The position numbers and the translations under genes were made by a program. A stretch of DNA of 61,017 nucleotides, taken from positions 1 through 61,017 of the forward strand of contig JAVBNQ010000001.1 of the NCBI GenBank assembly GCA_031551405.1. Direction: 5' to 3'. The stretch is from a bacterium (GTDB taxonomy: Bacteria > RUG730). This document shows, piece by piece, positions 28,450-38,493 of the stretch (positions are counted from its first letter, which is position 1; each line of letters begins with the position of its first letter). Under the pieces are notes generated by a model. It was not told the DNA's origin and searched no databases. It saw nothing but the letters and a program-made list of their open reading frames with translations.

Positions 28450-29744
28450 TAATTTATCCCGACTCTCCTGAAAATTTCATCAATATTTCGCAAATAAAAA
28501 TCTAAACTAAAAATCTCATCAAGTTCAGATTTTGACAAAAGATTCGTAATATCTTTGTCGTCTAAAACAAGTTCCTTCAACGGCCTTTTTATGTCCCAAG
28601 ATTTAAGACTGTTTCGCTGAACAAAACTATATGCGTCTTCTCGAGAAATTCCTTTCCCGACGAGGCCAAGCATCAGCCTTTGTGAAAAAAACAGCCCTTG
28701 TGTTTTGTATAAATTCGCTTCCATATTGTCCTTGTAAACTACAAGATTTTCTACGAGATTTTTAAGTTTGTTCAAAATATAATCGAGTAATATCGAGCTG
28801 TCAGGCAAAATAATTCTCTCAACCGACGAATGTGAGATATCTCTCTCGTGCCAAAGCGCAATATTTTCCATTCCGGCCAAAGCATTAGAACGAATTATCC
28901 TGGAAAGTCCGGTCAGTTGCTCGCTCGTGATCGGATTTTTTTTATGAGGCATTGCAGATGAACCTTTTTGCCCTTTTGAAAAATTTTCCTCGACCTCACG
29001 AATATCTGTTCGCTGTAAATTTCTGAGCTCCGTTGCTATTTTTTCGACTGTTCCAGCAATCAATGCCAAAGTATTCAAATATTCTGCGTGTCTATCTCTC
29101 TGGATAACTTGAGTAGAGATAGCCGCAGGTTTGAGGCTCATCTTCTCGCAAACATATTCTTCAACAAAAGGTTCGAGATTCGCAAAAGTTCCAACAGCTC
29201 CGGAAATTTTCCCAACTGCAACACGTTTTTCGATTTCGTTAAGTCTTTCTAAATTCCTCGTCATATCCGAGTACCAAAGTAAAATTTTAAGTCCAAAAGT
29301 CATCGGCTCGGCGTGAATGCCGTGAGTGCGCCCGATCATTGGTAAATTTTTGAATTCAAGCGCTTTTATTTTCAAAACTCCGAGTAATTCTTCCAGATCT
29401 TTTCGCAAAATCGCAATTGATTTCTTCATGATCGCACCAAGCGCAGTATCCAAAATATCTGACGAGGTAAGTCCGACATGTATAAATCTCGAATCTTCGC
29501 CAACATTTTCTCCGACAGCAGTCAAAAACGCGATCACGTCGTGTTTAACAACTTCTTCGATTTCTTTAATTCGTTTGATATCAAACTTTGCTTTATCTTT
29601 AATATTTTTCAAAGATTCTGACGGTATACGACCTTTTTGGAATAGAATTTCGCAAGCGAAAATCTCGATTTCAAGCATTTTTTGAAATTTGTATTCGTCG
29701 CTCCAAATAGAAGTCATTTCTTTTCTCGAGTATCTTTCTATCAT
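28449..29744 (-). CDS. purB: Adenylosuccinate lyase
   Basis: MIERYS, GRTHGIHAEP, GSSAMPHKKNP. Confidence 0.98.
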   Translation of the reverse strand: MIERYSRKEMTSIWSDEYKFQKMLEIEIFACEILFQKGRIPSESLKNIKDKAKFDIKRIKEIEEVVKHDVIAFLTAVGENVGEDSRFIHVGLTSSDILDTALGAIMKKSIAILRKDLEELLGVLKIKALEFKNLPMIGRTHGIHAEPMTFGLKILLWYSDMTRNLERLNEIEKRVAVGKISGAVGTFANLEPFVEEYVCEKMSLKPAAISTQVIQRDRHAEYLNTLALIAGTVEKIATELRNLQRTDIREVEENFSKGQKGSSAMPHKKNPITSEQLTGLSRIIRSNALAGMENIALWHERDISHSSVERIILPDSSILLDYILNKLKNLVENLVVYKDNMEANLYKTQGLFFSQRLMLGLVGKGISREDAYSFVQRNSLKSWDIKRPLKELVLDDKDITNLLSKSELDEIFSLDFYLRNIDEIFRRVGIN

Positions 29745-29987
29745 TTTTTTATTCCTTTTTTATTTTTTGTATTTTAGTCAGGAATTGTTTTCAAATCGTA
29801 AAAAAACAAAATTTTTAACATATGAAAATATATTTTCGTTTTTTTGATTTTATAAAACTTTTTTATCTTTCCTTCTCACGCCTGAACATCAAAAAAATCG
29901 ATAAAATTCCCATTGCTACGGTGGCAAACTTTTGACCAAAACATTAGGAAGGTCTACTTTAAATTTATTCGATAAAAAAACTTGTAG

Positions 29988-30884
29988 TTATTTTTTATTT
30001 TTTGCCACCAAAATCCTATCTAAATTCTGATAATCTTTTTTTATTTTTAAATCCGTAAATTCTGCTTTTTCAAAAATTTTAGAAAGCTCTGTTGTTAGAG
30101 ACTCGTCAATTTCCAAAACCAGAAAACCGTTTTCTTTCAAATATTTTTTGGACTCTTTGATTAATTTTTCATAATAAAAAAGCCCGTCGTCGCCTCCATT
30201 AAGCGCATTTTTTGGCTCATAAAATAATTCCTTATCGAGAGAACTTAAATCTCTAGTTTTTATGTAGGGCGGATTTGCAGTGATGAGATCGACGCTATCT
30301 TCTAAAGCAGAAATGCTCAAAGGCTTCAAAATATCTCCACAAACTAGCCGCACCCTCGTCACAACTCCATTCAAATAAATATTTTCCTGAGCAATCTCGA
30401 TCGCTTTTGCCGAAAGATCAATCCCAAAAACAAAAAAATTTTTTGTAAAATTCTCAAGCATTTTCGCAAGGCTAATGGCAACACAGCCGCTGCCAGTAAA
30501 AGTATCGACTATCATTAATTTCTCATTTTTTTGCAATAAATCCCTAGCAATTTTGGCAGCTTCTTCAACTAAAAGTTCAGTCTCTGGTCTCGGGATCAAA
30601 ACATTTTCATTGACCTTGAACTTTTGCGACATAAACTCTTTCTCGCCGAGAATATAAGCAACCGGAAATCTTTCTGCGCGTTTTTTTATGAGTTCTTTAA
30701 ATCCCACAATCTCGTTTGTTTTCAAAATTCTGTCAAAGTTCAAATACAAATCCAAACGCTTTATGTTGAGGCTAAAAGAAAGTAAAACTTCTGCGTCAAG
30801 TCTTGCTTCTTTTATATTTTTTTTCGACAAAAAGTCAGTCGTCCAATCGAGCATTTCCAAAACTGTCCAATCCTTTTTTGTCAT
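29988..30884 (-). CDS. prmC: Release factor glutamine methyltransferase
   Basis: PVAYILG, VLIPRPETE, ANPPYI. Confidence 0.95.
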   Translation of the reverse strand: MTKKDWTVLEMLDWTTDFLSKKNIKEARLDAEVLLSFSLNIKRLDLYLNFDRILKTNEIVGFKELIKKRAERFPVAYILGEKEFMSQKFKVNENVLIPRPETELLVEEAAKIARDLLQKNEKLMIVDTFTGSGCVAISLAKMLENFTKNFFVFGIDLSAKAIEIAQENIYLNGVVTRVRLVCGDILKPLSISALEDSVDLITANPPYIKTRDLSSLDKELFYEPKNALNGGDDGLFYYEKLIKESKKYLKENGFLVLEIDESLTTELSKIFEKAEFTDLKIKKDYQNLDRILVAKNKK

Positions 30885-30914
30885 TCAAATTCCCTCGTAT
30901 TCAATTAGTCCGAC

Positions 30915-32792
30915 TTAATTATGATTGGTAAAAATTTGCCTAAATATAACCCGCAATTTCTGCTCTGACAAATTATAAATCTCTCGAATCAAATCTTGGC
31001 TCCCGTGTTTTATAAATTCGTCCGGCAAACCAACTGAGAAAATTTTGGTCTTTTCGTCGAATAAAAGCTCTCTGATGCTAGATCCAAGTCCTCCCGCTAA
31101 AACATTTTCCTCAACTGTAATTATCGCTTTAGAATTTCTAGCCAAGTTTCGCAAAAAATCCTCGTCGAGTGGTTTCAAAAACCGCAAATTCACAAGTTTA
31201 AACTTTAAATTTTCGTTCTTTTCAAGATAATCAATCGCATTTTTTGACGGATAAACCGCATTCCCAATTGCGAGTACTGCTACATCTCCATCGGGATAAA
31301 TCAACTCATGCTTCCCTATTTCAAGTATTTTGGGCTCAACATCAACTGGAATTCCAACACCAACTCCTCTAGGATACCTAATAGCACAAGGCTTCCCGAG
31401 AGAAAGCGCAGTTTTTAGCATAGACGCAAGCTCATTCTCATCTTTTGGCGACATAATGACGAGGTTCGGAATAGGCCGCAAATACGACAAATCGAAAACG
31501 CCGTTGTGCGTAGCTCCATCTTCTCCAACGATTCCGGCTCTGTCAATTGCAAGAATCACCGGCAAATTTTGTAAGCACATATCGTGAATTATCTGGTCGT
31601 AGGCTCGCTGCAAAAACGTCGAATAAATCGCGCAAACCGGTTTAAATCCGCGCATAGCAAGTCCAGAAGCAAAAGTAATTGCGTGAGCTTCGGCTATTCC
31701 GACGTCAAAAAATCTATCCGGAAATTTTTGCAAAAATTCTTCGAGTCCAGTTCCATCTGCCATCGCAGCAGTAATTGCCACGATTTTGTCATCTTTTTCT
31801 GCTTCTTTTACGAGCGCTGCCCCAAAACTTTGAGTGTACGTCAAAACGTTATGCTTGGACGTGATGAGATTTCCCGTCGCAGAGTCGAATTTCCCAAGCC
31901 CATGAAATTTCGCCGGCGCATCCTCAGCATAACTGTAGCCTTTGCCTTTCTTCGTGATCACGTGTAGAAGAATCGGGCCTTTTAAATTCTTCAATTTTTC
32001 AAGAACTTCGATCAAAGTTTGTAAATTATTTCCGTCGACAGGCCCGTAATATGAAAACCCCAATTCTTCGAACAAAATTCCCGGAGTAAAAATCGTTTTC
32101 GCGCGTTTTATTAGTTTGTCAATAATGCTTTTCGGAAGATTAAACTTTTTCACAAAAAAATCTATTCTCTTCTCAGTTTTTCTAACAAATCCGCCGGACA
32201 AAATTTTCGTAAAATATTTTCCAATCGCACCGACTCTATCCGAGATAAACATATTGTTATCATTCAAAATCACGAGCATGTCTTTTTTTAAATGCCCGGA
32301 ATTATTCATCCCTTCAAACGCAAGCCCGCCTGTCATTGCTCCGTCGCCAATTACCGCTACAACTTTATGGTTTTGATGTAGCAAATCTCTAGCAACTGCA
32401 AAACCCAAGGCACTTGAAATTGAGGTCGAACTGTGCCCGGTTCCAAAAAAATCGTACTTGCTCTCAAAAATATTCGGAAAACCGCTAAGACCTTGATAGT
32501 GACGGAGAGTCTCGAAATTTTTATAGCGTCCGGTCAAAATTTTGTAAGCATAACTTTGATGCCCAACGTCCCAAATTATTTTGTCAGACTCAAAATCAAA
32601 AGTATGAAGAAGCGCGATCGTGAGTTCAACAACTCCCAAACTGCTCGCCAAATGCCCGCCGGTTTTCGAGATTACTTTAACAATAAAATCCCGAACTTCC
32701 TGAGACAATTGTAAAAGAGCATCAAGCGACAGATTTTTAATATTTGCAATATTATTCGCCTCGCTCAAAAAGCTCAAAATCGAATTACTCAT
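30915..32792 (-). CDS. dxs: 1-deoxy-D-xylulose-5-phosphate synthase
   Basis: GGHLASSLG, WDVGHQ, GDGAMTGG, DVGIAE, DRAGIVGEDG. Confidence 0.97.
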   Translation of the reverse strand: MSNSILSFLSEANNIANIKNLSLDALLQLSQEVRDFIVKVISKTGGHLASSLGVVELTIALLHTFDFESDKIIWDVGHQSYAYKILTGRYKNFETLRHYQGLSGFPNIFESKYDFFGTGHSSTSISSALGFAVARDLLHQNHKVVAVIGDGAMTGGLAFEGMNNSGHLKKDMLVILNDNNMFISDRVGAIGKYFTKILSGGFVRKTEKRIDFFVKKFNLPKSIIDKLIKRAKTIFTPGILFEELGFSYYGPVDGNNLQTLIEVLEKLKNLKGPILLHVITKKGKGYSYAEDAPAKFHGLGKFDSATGNLITSKHNVLTYTQSFGAALVKEAEKDDKIVAITAAMADGTGLEEFLQKFPDRFFDVGIAEAHAITFASGLAMRGFKPVCAIYSTFLQRAYDQIIHDMCLQNLPVILAIDRAGIVGEDGATHNGVFDLSYLRPIPNLVIMSPKDENELASMLKTALSLGKPCAIRYPRGVGVGIPVDVEPKILEIGKHELIYPDGDVAVLAIGNAVYPSKNAIDYLEKNENLKFKLVNLRFLKPLDEDFLRNLARNSKAIITVEENVLAGGLGSSIRELLFDEKTKIFSVGLPDEFIKHGSQDLIREIYNLSEQKLRVIFRQIFTNHN

Positions 32793-32858
32793 AAAATTCC
32801 ATCTCAAAATTTAAATTGACTAAAAGCAACATAATTTAAAAATTTCCAATTTTTGATT

Positions 32859-33872
32859 TTAAACCAATCCTTTTTCTATCAAAGCTTCAGCAATTTGAAC
32901 AGCGTTAAGAGCAGCGCCCTTCAAAAGATTGTCGCTAACAACCCAAATATTCAGCCCATTTTCAACGGAGTTATCTTCTCGGATTCTTCCAACGAAAGTT
33001 TCGTATTTTCCTTCTGCAAAAAGCGGCATTGGATATTTATTATTTTTTGGATCATCGACAACAACTATACCAGGCGCTTTTGATAAAATTTCAATTGCTT
33101 TTTCTCTAGAAATATTTTTTTCAGTCTCGATATTCACTGACTCAGAATGTCCTCTGAAAACCGGAACTCTCACTGTTGTTGCACTTACTTTTATATTGTC
33201 GTCGCCCATAATTTTGTTGGTTTCAAGCATCATTTTTAATTCTTCTTTCGTGTATCCATCCGGCAAAAATACGTCGATTTGCGGAATCACGTTATAAGCA
33301 ATTTGATAAGCGAATTGTTTGATTTCAATATTTTTTGAATTTTCAAGAGCAAAAATCTGATTTTTCAAGTCCTCAATCCCTTTTTGCCCTGCTCCGGAAA
33401 CCGCTTGATAAGTCGAAACAACAACTCTTTTTATTTTTGCATAATCGTGCAAAGGTTTCAAAGCCACCACCATCTGTATCGTCGAGCAATTCGGATTTGC
33501 GATAATGTAATCGCCTTTTTTCAAAATATTAGCATTCACCTCTGGAACAACGAGAGGAATCTCTTTCTCCATTCGCCAGGCGCTGGAATTATCGATACAA
33601 TAACACTTTGCGTCTCGACAATATGGCGCAAACTCTTTCGACACGCTTCCGCCGGCTGAAAATATCGCAATATCAAATCCGACAAAAGAATCCTTCGTCA
33701 GCTCTTGAACAGTAAGTTCTTCGCCTCGAAATTTGATTTTTTTACCAGCGCTTTTTCCGGAAGCCAAGAGCTTTAATTCAAGAATAGGAAAATCACGTTT
33801 TTCCAGAGTCGAAATCATTTCTCGTCCGACTGCTCCGGTCGCTCCAACTACGATTACTTTGTAATTTTTCAT
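32859..33872 (-). CDS. asd: Aspartate-semialdehyde dehydrogenase
   Basis: GATGAVG, ANPNCSTIQ, DNLLKGAALNAVQIAE. Confidence 0.97.
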   Translation of the reverse strand: MKNYKVIVVGATGAVGREMISTLEKRDFPILELKLLASGKSAGKKIKFRGEELTVQELTKDSFVGFDIAIFSAGGSVSKEFAPYCRDAKCYCIDNSSAWRMEKEIPLVVPEVNANILKKGDYIIANPNCSTIQMVVALKPLHDYAKIKRVVVSTYQAVSGAGQKGIEDLKNQIFALENSKNIEIKQFAYQIAYNVIPQIDVFLPDGYTKEELKMMLETNKIMGDDNIKVSATTVRVPVFRGHSESVNIETEKNISREKAIEILSKAPGIVVVDDPKNNKYPMPLFAEGKYETFVGRIREDNSVENGLNIWVVSDNLLKGAALNAVQIAEALIEKGLV

Positions 33873-34001
33873 TTTCTTCCCTCTTAAAATTTAATCATTA
33901 ATTTCTATTTCCAAATTTGCGCAAGATTTTTGACGCTCAAATAAAATAATAGAAACACGAAAGTACTTTCAAAAATCAAAATTGATCATAAGCCCTAAAA
34001 T

Positions 34002-34187
34002 TTAATCTTCTTTTTTCGGCATAATCAAAGCCAAAATTAGATAAGCAAAAATTCCTGATCCCAATAAACAGCAGAGTAAAATAAAACCGGCTCTAATTAC
34101 CGTCGAATCAACCTCAAAATATTCTGCTATTCCCCCGCAAACTCCAAGTAATTTCTTGTCGGTTTTAGATAGAAACAATTTTTTCAT
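34002..34187 (-). CDS. pspC: PspC-domain protein
   Basis: DKKLLGVCGGIAEYF, AYLILALIMP. Confidence 0.9.
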   Translation of the reverse strand: MKKLFLSKTDKKLLGVCGGIAEYFEVDSTVIRAGFILLCCLLGSGIFAYLILALIMPKKED

Positions 34188-34202
34188 TTCTCTCTCCCAA
34201 AA

Positions 34203-35255
34203 TTATATAAATTTTACTACTGTATCTCCAACTTCACGAGTTCCCATTCCCATTTTTCCGGCTGACATGCTTTTCATCTGTAAAATCGTTTTCATCACAG
34301 CATTTTCGATTTTTTTACCGGCTTCATTTTCACCTAAATTCTCAAGCATCATTTGAATAGACAAAATCGAAGCAATTGGATTTATGACGTTTTGCCCTGT
34401 GTATTTTGGAGCGCTGCCGCCGATTGGCTCGAACATTGAAACGCCTTCAGGATTTATATTTCCACCGGCTGCAACTCCCATTCCGCCCTGAGTCATAGCC
34501 CCCAAGTCTGTTATAATATCGCCAAACATATTGTCCGTTACAATCACATCGAACCATTCCGGATTTTTTACCATCCACATACAAGTCGCATCGACGTGAG
34601 CATAATCTTTTTTTACGTCCGGATATTTTTTACCAAGCTCATGAAACGTTCTCTCCCAAAGATCAAAAGCATATGTCAAAACATTCGTCTTCCCACAAAG
34701 CGTTAATTTTTTATCTTTATTTCGTTTTTGAGCGTACTCAAACGCATATCTCAAGCATCTTTCAACGCCTTTGTAAGTATTGACCGATTCTTGAATCGCA
34801 ACTTCGTCTTTTGTCCCTTTTCGCAGAAATCCGCCGCTTCCGGCATAAAGCCCTTCTGTATTTTCTCGAATCACGACGTAATCAATTTCTTTTGGCCCTT
34901 TCCCGACGAGTGGACATTCGACGTTTTCGTATAATTTCACTGGACGCAAATTTATATATTGATCGAGCTCAAACCTGATCCTAAGCAAAACGCCTTTTTC
35001 CAAAATTCCGGGTTTTACGTCTGGATGACCGATAGCTCCTAGAATTATCGAGTCCAATTTTTTCAAGTCTTCCAAAACGCTTTCCGGCAAAACTTCCCCG
35101 GTTTTCAAATATCTTTCTCCGCCGAGATCAAAATCAACTAGCTCTGTTTTAAAACCAAATTTTTCCTCGACAACTTTCAAAACTTTTATAGCTTCTCTCA
35201 CGACCTCAGGACCGGTTCCGTCACCGCCAATTACTCCAATTTTATAATTCTTCAT
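34203..35255 (-). CDS. leuB: 3-isopropylmalate dehydrogenase
   Basis: GDGTGPEV, NLRP, RENTEG, DNMFGDIITD, FEPIGGSAP. Confidence 0.9.
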   Translation of the reverse strand: MKNYKIGVIGGDGTGPEVVREAIKVLKVVEEKFGFKTELVDFDLGGERYLKTGEVLPESVLEDLKKLDSIILGAIGHPDVKPGILEKGVLLRIRFELDQYINLRPVKLYENVECPLVGKGPKEIDYVVIRENTEGLYAGSGGFLRKGTKDEVAIQESVNTYKGVERCLRYAFEYAQKRNKDKKLTLCGKTNVLTYAFDLWERTFHELGKKYPDVKKDYAHVDATCMWMVKNPEWFDVIVTDNMFGDIITDLGAMTQGGMGVAAGGNINPEGVSMFEPIGGSAPKYTGQNVINPIASILSIQMMLENLGENEAGKKIENAVMKTILQMKSMSAGKMGMGTREVGDTVVKFI

Positions 35256-35356
35256 TTTTTCCCTCGCTTTTTTATTTTTTGACCTTGCAGGTCTTGCATA
35301 TTTATTAACTGTTTGAAGCAAAAATTTAAATCGAAAAACAAAAAAATCTGCAAATC

Positions 35357-36814
35357 TTAAACGCTTTTGATAGTCAAAACAACGTAATCCGAAATTTTTT
35401 CCAAAATTTCTATTTTATAATTTTGTTCAACTTGTTCTAAAGAATTTAATTTTACCACAAAAAAATAATTTTTTCTATCGCTATCTGAATTCAAAACCAA
35501 GTTCAATTGTTTAAAATTTTTTATATGGTTTGCTTTTCCATTCGAATAAAAATTCGCAGAATAAGGCGGCGTAAAAAATAAATAAAAAATTTGCGAATCA
35601 TTTTTTTGATATTTTTCAATCACAAATTTCTGCGAACTCTTCAATTCTTCTTTTGGCATCACAAAAATGAGAGAAAAAAACAAAACAATGGGAATAATTG
35701 AACTTGTGATTGCGAATATTCTAAAATTAAACTTTTGTGTTAAAATTTTTCGCTCTATAAAAAGAGCAATCAAAATCGAAAATGGAACTACCGACGGAAG
35801 AGTATATGTCAAAAGTATATTTTTCGAAACTGTAAAGAATAAAAAAAGGCTTAGCATCCAGAATACTAAAAAACTAATTGTTTTGTCTTTAAATGTTTTT
35901 TTTGTAAACTCGAAAATTCCTGAAAATTTTTCTGCTTTTAGAAAGCTAAAAACGTCTTTTGAGACCCAAAAAATCCACGGAAAAAAAGTTGGAAGGGCAT
36001 AAAGCCAAATCATTCCAAGATGTTTTCCGGCTGGGCTACCGTAAAGATCTCCGCTCCAATTTTTAAAAATATACCTGTAAACATGCTCTCCAAGTAAAAA
36101 ATAATTTAAAAATCCCGGCGTATTTTTTTCAGCCAAAATATACCAAGGAATTGCAGTAATTGAAACGATAAAAATTCCTTGAAAAAAATAAAGTTTTTTG
36201 AAAATATTTTTCCATTCGTTAAAAACTAAAAGCCAGACGAAAATCGGTAAAAAAATTAAAACAAGTCCAAGCGGTCCTTTGGCCAAAAGGCTTAAACCTA
36301 CCCCAACAAAAAACGGATAATTCCAAATTTTTTTTTCCGTCACGATCAAAAGCAAAAATGAAACAAGCGCAAGACTTACGGAAAAAAGAAGGGAAGCGTC
36401 TGTCATTACTCCGCCGGAAACTACAAAAAAAATCGTCGTAGTCAAAAGTATAAAACTTGAAATAAAAGCGATTATTTTATTTTTATTCGTGATTTTATAA
36501 GTTAAAAAATATGTAAAAAATAACACAAACAAACAAAAAACAAACGATGGAAATCTTGCTCCAAATTCGTTTATTCCAAAAATTTTATAGCTAACATTTA
36601 CTGCCCACATCGAGAGAGGCGGCTTTGCCCAAAACGGTTTTCCGTCGAGGAGTGGCGTGATCCAGCTATTTTGCGTCACCATTTCTCGCGAAATTTCTGC
36701 ATATCTCGACTCGGTTTTATCCATAAGCGGATACATCCCTAAAGTCAAAAGCCTAAATCCCAAAAAAATGAAAAATAAAAAAATCAATAAATTTATCTGT
36801 TTTTTCGTTAACAT
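35357..36814 (-). CDS. ArnT/GT83-like polyprenyl-phosphate-sugar transferase
   Basis: ESRYAEISREM, KPPL, ARFPS, LAKGP, PWY; polytopic membrane protein. Confidence 0.88.
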   Translation of the reverse strand: MLTKKQINLLIFLFFIFLGFRLLTLGMYPLMDKTESRYAEISREMVTQNSWITPLLDGKPFWAKPPLSMWAVNVSYKIFGINEFGARFPSFVFCLFVLFFTYFLTYKITNKNKIIAFISSFILLTTTIFFVVSGGVMTDASLLFSVSLALVSFLLLIVTEKKIWNYPFFVGVGLSLLAKGPLGLVLIFLPIFVWLLVFNEWKNIFKKLYFFQGIFIVSITAIPWYILAEKNTPGFLNYFLLGEHVYRYIFKNWSGDLYGSPAGKHLGMIWLYALPTFFPWIFWVSKDVFSFLKAEKFSGIFEFTKKTFKDKTISFLVFWMLSLFLFFTVSKNILLTYTLPSVVPFSILIALFIERKILTQKFNFRIFAITSSIIPIVLFFSLIFVMPKEELKSSQKFVIEKYQKNDSQIFYLFFTPPYSANFYSNGKANHIKNFKQLNLVLNSDSDRKNYFFVVKLNSLEQVEQNYKIEILEKISDYVVLTIKSV

Positions 36815-36817
36815 TTT

Positions 36818-37663
36818 TTAAAATCCAAAATAATCCTCAAAAGTCGTAAATTCATAATTTTGCAGTAAAAACTCAAAGTCTTTTAAAATATTTCTCGTGT
36901 AAAAAAAACATAGCGGATTTTTTAAAAGAACTTTTAGTTTGAAAACAAACGAAAAAATTTGTTTTGTCTGAAAAAGTTGCCAATTATGCAAAAACATAAC
37001 TATCGGTTGATTTTTTCGATTCAACGCGTCGATAAAAAACCTGAGTTTTTTCCCAAAAACAGCCAAAAACAATCCGCTTCCAATCGGTATTTCTCGAGCG
37101 AATATTTTAAAAGTCAAATTTTTAGGATAAATATTTTCGTAATTTGTTGAGTCAACTTTCGAATTCAAAAAATATTTCTTCGTAGTAACTGGAATTTCAA
37201 AAATATTATTTTTTTTTATCTTCAAAAAATCCGCATAAATAGACGAGGAATATTTAAAACCGTATTTTTGTAAAATTTTTGCAGATTCGTTCGTCAAAAA
37301 AATTTTTGGAGCTCTAAAACCTTTTGGTGTAAATTTTTTCAAAAATGCTTCGGATTTTTTAAATTGCTCGATTAAAACTTCTTCATTTTTCAAAATTTTA
37401 TGGTCAAAACCGTGAAATCCGATCTCGTGTCCGTTTTCAAGAATTTTTTCAATAATTTTAGGATTTAAATCGTATAATTCTGCGATTACAAAAAAAGTCG
37501 CTTTCTGATTGTATTTTTTCAATAAATCTAAAATTTTGTCGACGCAAAACTCAATATAATTTTTATCTGGAATTTTGTCGTTGATGAATTTTTTTCTCTC
37601 ACAAACTGCGTCGCGATAAAAATGCGTCCAACATTCCAAATCTATCGACAAAATATTTTTCAT
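36818..37663 (-). CDS. Polysaccharide deacetylase (CE4-like)
   Basis: SIDLECW, ATFF, HEIGFHGFDH, GFRAP; ATGA overlap with the GT2 gene. Confidence 0.88.
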   Translation of the reverse strand: MKNILSIDLECWTHFYRDAVCERKKFINDKIPDKNYIEFCVDKILDLLKKYNQKATFFVIAELYDLNPKIIEKILENGHEIGFHGFDHKILKNEEVLIEQFKKSEAFLKKFTPKGFRAPKIFLTNESAKILQKYGFKYSSSIYADFLKIKKNNIFEIPVTTKKYFLNSKVDSTNYENIYPKNLTFKIFAREIPIGSGLFLAVFGKKLRFFIDALNRKNQPIVMFLHNWQLFQTKQIFSFVFKLKVLLKNPLCFFYTRNILKDFEFLLQNYEFTTFEDYFGF

Positions 37664-38379
37664 TTTACTGAATATTTCCGATATATCTTGATGAGATCGC
37701 AAAATATTTTGATAAAAATTTTATGAAAAACAATGTGTGAAGCTGACGATTTTTCGTCTGTTTTTAATAACGGATATTCGACAATTTTTTGGTTTTTGAG
37801 TCTAAACAAAATTTCGACATCAAAAATCCAGGTTGAAATAAAAGACTCGCGAAAAATTTTTTCGATTAAACTAATCTTGAATAATTTTGCGCCGCACTGC
37901 GAATCATAGATTTTGGTTTTTGTAATAAACCGCACTGTTATTGCAAACAGCTTGCTGTACAGACATCTCAGTTTTTGTCTCGAAATATTTGATCCAAGTC
38001 TTTCAATTCTAGAACCAAAAATAGCGTCGGAATCTGAGCAAAATAAATTTTGATAATTTACAAAATTTTTTGCTTCACAAAGCGGAATCGCTAAATCAGC
38101 ATCAAAAAAGCCAAACCAATCGACCTCGTCTTTTATATCAAGCGTCGAAAGAAATGATGCGCCTTGACGAACGGCTTCGGCTTTACCAGAATTTTTTTCT
38201 AAATTCAAAATAAAAATATTTGAATTGTTATCAAAATTCTGATGCAATTTTTCCAAAGTTTCATCTTTTGACCCGTCGTTAACAAAAATAAAAAAAATGT
38301 CTTTTTCATTTTTAAACGCTTCAAAATTTAGACGATTAGATTCGTTATAGCACGGAATTATTAAACAAATTTTTTTCAT
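37660..38379 (-). CDS. GT2 glycosyltransferase (DPM/DPG-synthase-like)
   Basis: IIPCYNE, VNDGSKD, GKAEAVR, DADL, DSQCGAKLF. Confidence 0.9.
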   Translation of the reverse strand: MKKICLIIPCYNESNRLNFEAFKNEKDIFFIFVNDGSKDETLEKLHQNFDNNSNIFILNLEKNSGKAEAVRQGASFLSTLDIKDEVDWFGFFDADLAIPLCEAKNFVNYQNLFCSDSDAIFGSRIERLGSNISRQKLRCLYSKLFAITVRFITKTKIYDSQCGAKLFKISLIEKIFRESFISTWIFDVEILFRLKNQKIVEYPLLKTDEKSSASHIVFHKIFIKIFCDLIKIYRKYSVK

Positions 38380-38493
38380 TTTTTATCCTCGAAACAGTAC
38401 TCATATGATAATAACAACTTCTGTCTATTTTGTATTTTTCACTAAAGGCTATGTTTTCTCGAAGCAGCGAAATATTGCCCGTCATGAAATGAA

